Positions 60,404 through 64,000 of a stretch of DNA of 64,000 nt are shown here, one piece after another. Origin of the DNA: Bugula neritina (Eukaryota; Animalia; Bryozoa); the NCBI GenBank assembly GCA_964035545.1, contig OZ037771.1, positions 2,305,628 to 2,369,627 on the forward strand, given 5' to 3'. Under the pieces are notes generated by a model, which worked only from the letters and a program-made list of their open reading frames with translations, searched no databases and was not told the DNA's origin. Made by a program: the position numbers and the translations under genes. The first letter of the stretch is position 1. Each line of letters starts with the position of its first letter.

Positions 60404-63400
60404 TTTCTTTTTTTAATGTTATTCAGTTATTGTCTTACCAATTTTAATTTATCACTATGATTAATATAGTGTTAGTCGCACAGCCAAAGTCCATAGGTAC
60501 ATTGGCTTTAAGTATTTTAATACACTGGAACTGAATAAAAATTATTAAACTTGAAATTAAAAGGAAAGTTACACTTTGACATTGTCCCTATCTGCATCAC
60601 TCTCATGTTCATAGTATGTAATTATAAAATATATTCAGAGATAGTATTTATTACAAAGGTAATGATAATTGATCAAAATAATTGACCTTCAAAAATTCAA
60701 TTAAAATCAGAGTAATTATAATAATGATATTCATACTGATACTATAAGCATGAGATATAAGTACTACTATCATTATTAGTGTAACACCAACTATAAGTAT
60801 CACTACTAATAAAAAATAATATAAAATATTAAATTTAATATCACATAATGTTTTTTAGTATAATTATAATAACTACTATGACCGTCATTATTTTCATAAT
60901 TGTTGAATTAAATTTTATCATTCATTATGATAAATTCTATTGGCCATCATAATCATCATGAGTATAATTAATACTATAATAATAAATATAATCATTTATT
61001 ATGTATATCAGTGGAAACAACTAACTCACTGCGACTATGAGAATGAGTGTTATATTTAGTGCGACTGATACTGATAGTCAAATGACAAAGAAAAAGTTTG
61101 AGTTTAGGTTTAAGTTGAGTACTACTATAAGACTAGTGAAAAGTCTGTTTGTCATGCTCATAGTCATACTCACGCCCTGATAGTTGACACTGATAGTGAC
61201 ACTCATAGTGAGATAATCATAATGATCATGATACTAATAGTCACTGGCATTTGCCTTTGGACATACTCAATGATATAAAATTACTATTAGCCCTATATTG
61301 ACAATGTTACACTCATACTCGTGCTAATACTCATACTGATACTGTCACAAATTGAGTACAAGTTCATTACAAGACCATGTCCTAGTAAATTGTGAAAAGT
61401 CCGTCAGGTCATGCTAATGCTCCTACACTTGCCATTGGACTTAGAGTTGCTGTTAGTCAGATACTGATGAAGTGATGGTAATACACTCATACTTATACTT
61501 AATCTCATACTGATAGTCATAGTGATAGTGAATCAGAATCACTATCAGAATGTGATACTCATACTGAGTCTGATCCTCGTACTGGTAGTCAATGTCATAC
61601 TGATACTCAGTTAATGTTATAGTCATAGAATTAAACTGACAGTCGTAATGATACTAAATACTTAAAGTTTAAGCTTTTAATACTAATAGTAATTACTAAT
61701 TGAACTTACGCAAAAGAGTCGGGGGAGATAGTGGCGGATTCCTGAGCCTAGAAGTAGAAGTAGATAGATCCGAGGGCACCACAATTAGTATTACGATTTA
61801 CTCTCTCCGAGAGGTCTTGGGACTTAACCCAACTAAGATTGAGATCAAAAGTTATTAGAACTAAATTAAATAACCTAAATCAAAACATTTACTGCTATGT
61901 TGATACAAAAATTGATACACAGACATGCTTCCATACTGATGTTGATACTGGAACAAAAACAATGAACTTGAAGTCTTTTCTCTTTCGGCCAACATAAAAC
62001 TTTGATTTGACCGGAAACTGTTCGTATAGGCTAGTTTCTTTTCAATGCTCGGCGGGAGTTATCCTCTGAAAAGAGCGTTAGGGGTTTTCTGCCCTGTTAG
62101 TTTTCAAACATTTAGAGCTTAATCTCATAGTTTTAAATAACTAAGTATTTATTTTTGTAAAAAAAAGTGTTTTGTTTTAAATTTTCATTTTACTTTTCAA
62201 TTAGATAGGTCACTAATTGAATATCTGCAGAAAACATTTCACAGTTTTACGCCGCCAGCATTCGGGTATCCTATTGGCTAATCTCAGTGGATTTATTTAT
62301 GAGCTGCTATAGGAACGGACATTCATTGTATAATCTGGTAGTTAGAGCACTTGTTGAATAGCGATAACGAGTGAATAAGTGCAGCACATCTACTTTGCGC
62401 TACTGTGCGGTCGCTTTGGATACTACATTAAAGTAATTGTTCTATCTAATTATTCATTTTCTTCACAAGCTTTTCACTAAATGGTATTATTCAAGAAATT
62501 AACAGATGTCTGTTGAGCCAGTGTGTATTGGTGACAGCATCTGTCTGTATTCGGAAGAAACAGATGGATTTATCTATTCTCTTCAAAGCAGGCAAGTCAT
62601 TCACTTTCACTTTCAGTTTCACTGTCATATTTAGATTGTTGGGCTCATTTAGCCGTACTTTTAGCTATATAAGTGTGAAAAAGAGCAAATACTGTCTCCT
62701 TGTAGTTAAGGCTGATAATTTAACCTATTTTGGTCTACCTTTTCTTTAAGCAGTAAAATGATTAAAACTTTCTCCATGGTAATTTAGCATAATATTTTTC
62801 TCATTCTGATCAACTAATTGTTTGATTATTTGTTCATTCAATAAATATTAAATTAGAAGTTTTTTTTACAAACTTTAAACCCATTTGAAGATAACCTTTA
62901 TTACTGCACTCTCATACTAACCGTAACTGTGACCAACTGTGGGTTCATTGATAGTCATAGTGATAGTGTATACCCTGTAGTGGTAATCACTCACTATGAC
63001 TATAGAATTCCAATATCAATATGGTAGTAAAGTGCACTTTTTCAAATTTTGTCTATATAGCAATACCAACAAATGAATCTTACTAAATATATTCTGTATT
63101 GTTATCGATTGTTGTAAGAAATATTTAATATATTATTTTTCTTATAGTTATTAGCATTTTATTCGTTTTATTGTAATATTTAGTAAAACTTAAATTTAAA
63201 GGCTGTTTGTCAAGCAATCAATAATCAATAATGCATAGTATTAGTTAATGAGTGAATTTCATCTATAATAACATGTTTAACCGCTTTCTCATATACCCCT
63301 CTCTAACAGCAATTTATGCAATCGACAATTATGGAATCTCAGTATTTTTATTTACCAGGGATATATTTTAGTCACTCCTATTTTACAAATATGTTATATC

Positions 63401-64000
63401 ACGGGCCTACGCGTTTGAGTTAAAATCATTCATGCTTTTTTCGTTACTTTCTCAGGCATGTCCAGAAATATAACGATTTTCTCTAAGCTACTCACTTGTG
63501 GCCAGACCTCTCAACTGCTCCACACTCTAATTCATAACTTTCAACTGCAAAATTGCAGTAATTGGAAATATCTTGTTGCCCAACTTAAATACCATTAAAT
63601 ACAAGATTACAATTGTCAGTTACACCATTAAACAGTTTATAAGGAAGACATGTTTTGCATACTTGTTAGGGTTCATATCTTTGGTCACAAGTCTGTAGAA
63701 TTTCACTAAAACTTAAATTAAATTAAATATAGATGAAATCCTAGTCATACTCATAAAGAGACCAACATAAATCCTGACAGTCAGTTTGGTGCATTAAAAT
63801 AGCAAGCAAGCATAAGAAAATTTCAGCTAAAATGTTCTACCACCCAACATACCTGTACAAAGAAAGAGATAATCTAACTCAAGCAATTAAACTTATAGAC
63901 TCATGCAACCGTATTGATAGAAGATAAAATACTCCATTGCTGAAATTATGTTTTGAATAGAATTAATTCTTATAGTTTTGCAGCAGGTTGACTGAAATTC

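Noticed and set aside
63458-63598. ctcag|gcATG followed by a 46-codon ORF, a possible gene divergent from ATG13
   Set aside because: Short, no recognisable homology, no convincing downstream exon in the window.

Overview
AT-rich, intron-rich genomic DNA from an invertebrate-type animal (species not determinable from the sequence). The window holds a head-to-head type IV collagen pair. A complete alpha1(IV)-like gene lies on + (20479-55210; 39 exons plus 3 candidate microexons, about 1770 aa, full NC1). An alpha2(IV)-like gene lies on - (ATG at 19588) and runs off the left edge before its NC1. The two start codons are separated by 890 bp. A complete ATG13 gene (-, 56176-60113) lies tail-to-tail with the alpha1-like gene. 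Unexpected elements: (1) four in-frame phase-0 exons appear to insert an unrecognised Cys-free domain of about 267 aa between the signal peptide and 7S domain of the alpha2-like chain; (2) two paralogous antisense micro-genes nested in alpha1 intron 11 encode 70-78 aa peptides with an N-myristoylation motif, a basic patch and a Gly/Cys-rich tail, and one has a canonical kappaB + C/EBP + TATA promoter; (3) the NC1 sulfilimine Met93 position reads Lys; (4) 6, 12 and 9 nt candidate microexons encode helix interruptions. Introns also carry a dead Tc1 element, a Harbinger-type MITE, a tRNA-derived SINE, a perfect 39-bp hairpin and many minisatellites. All gene models were built by hand from splice sites and reading-frame phase; no transcript evidence was available.
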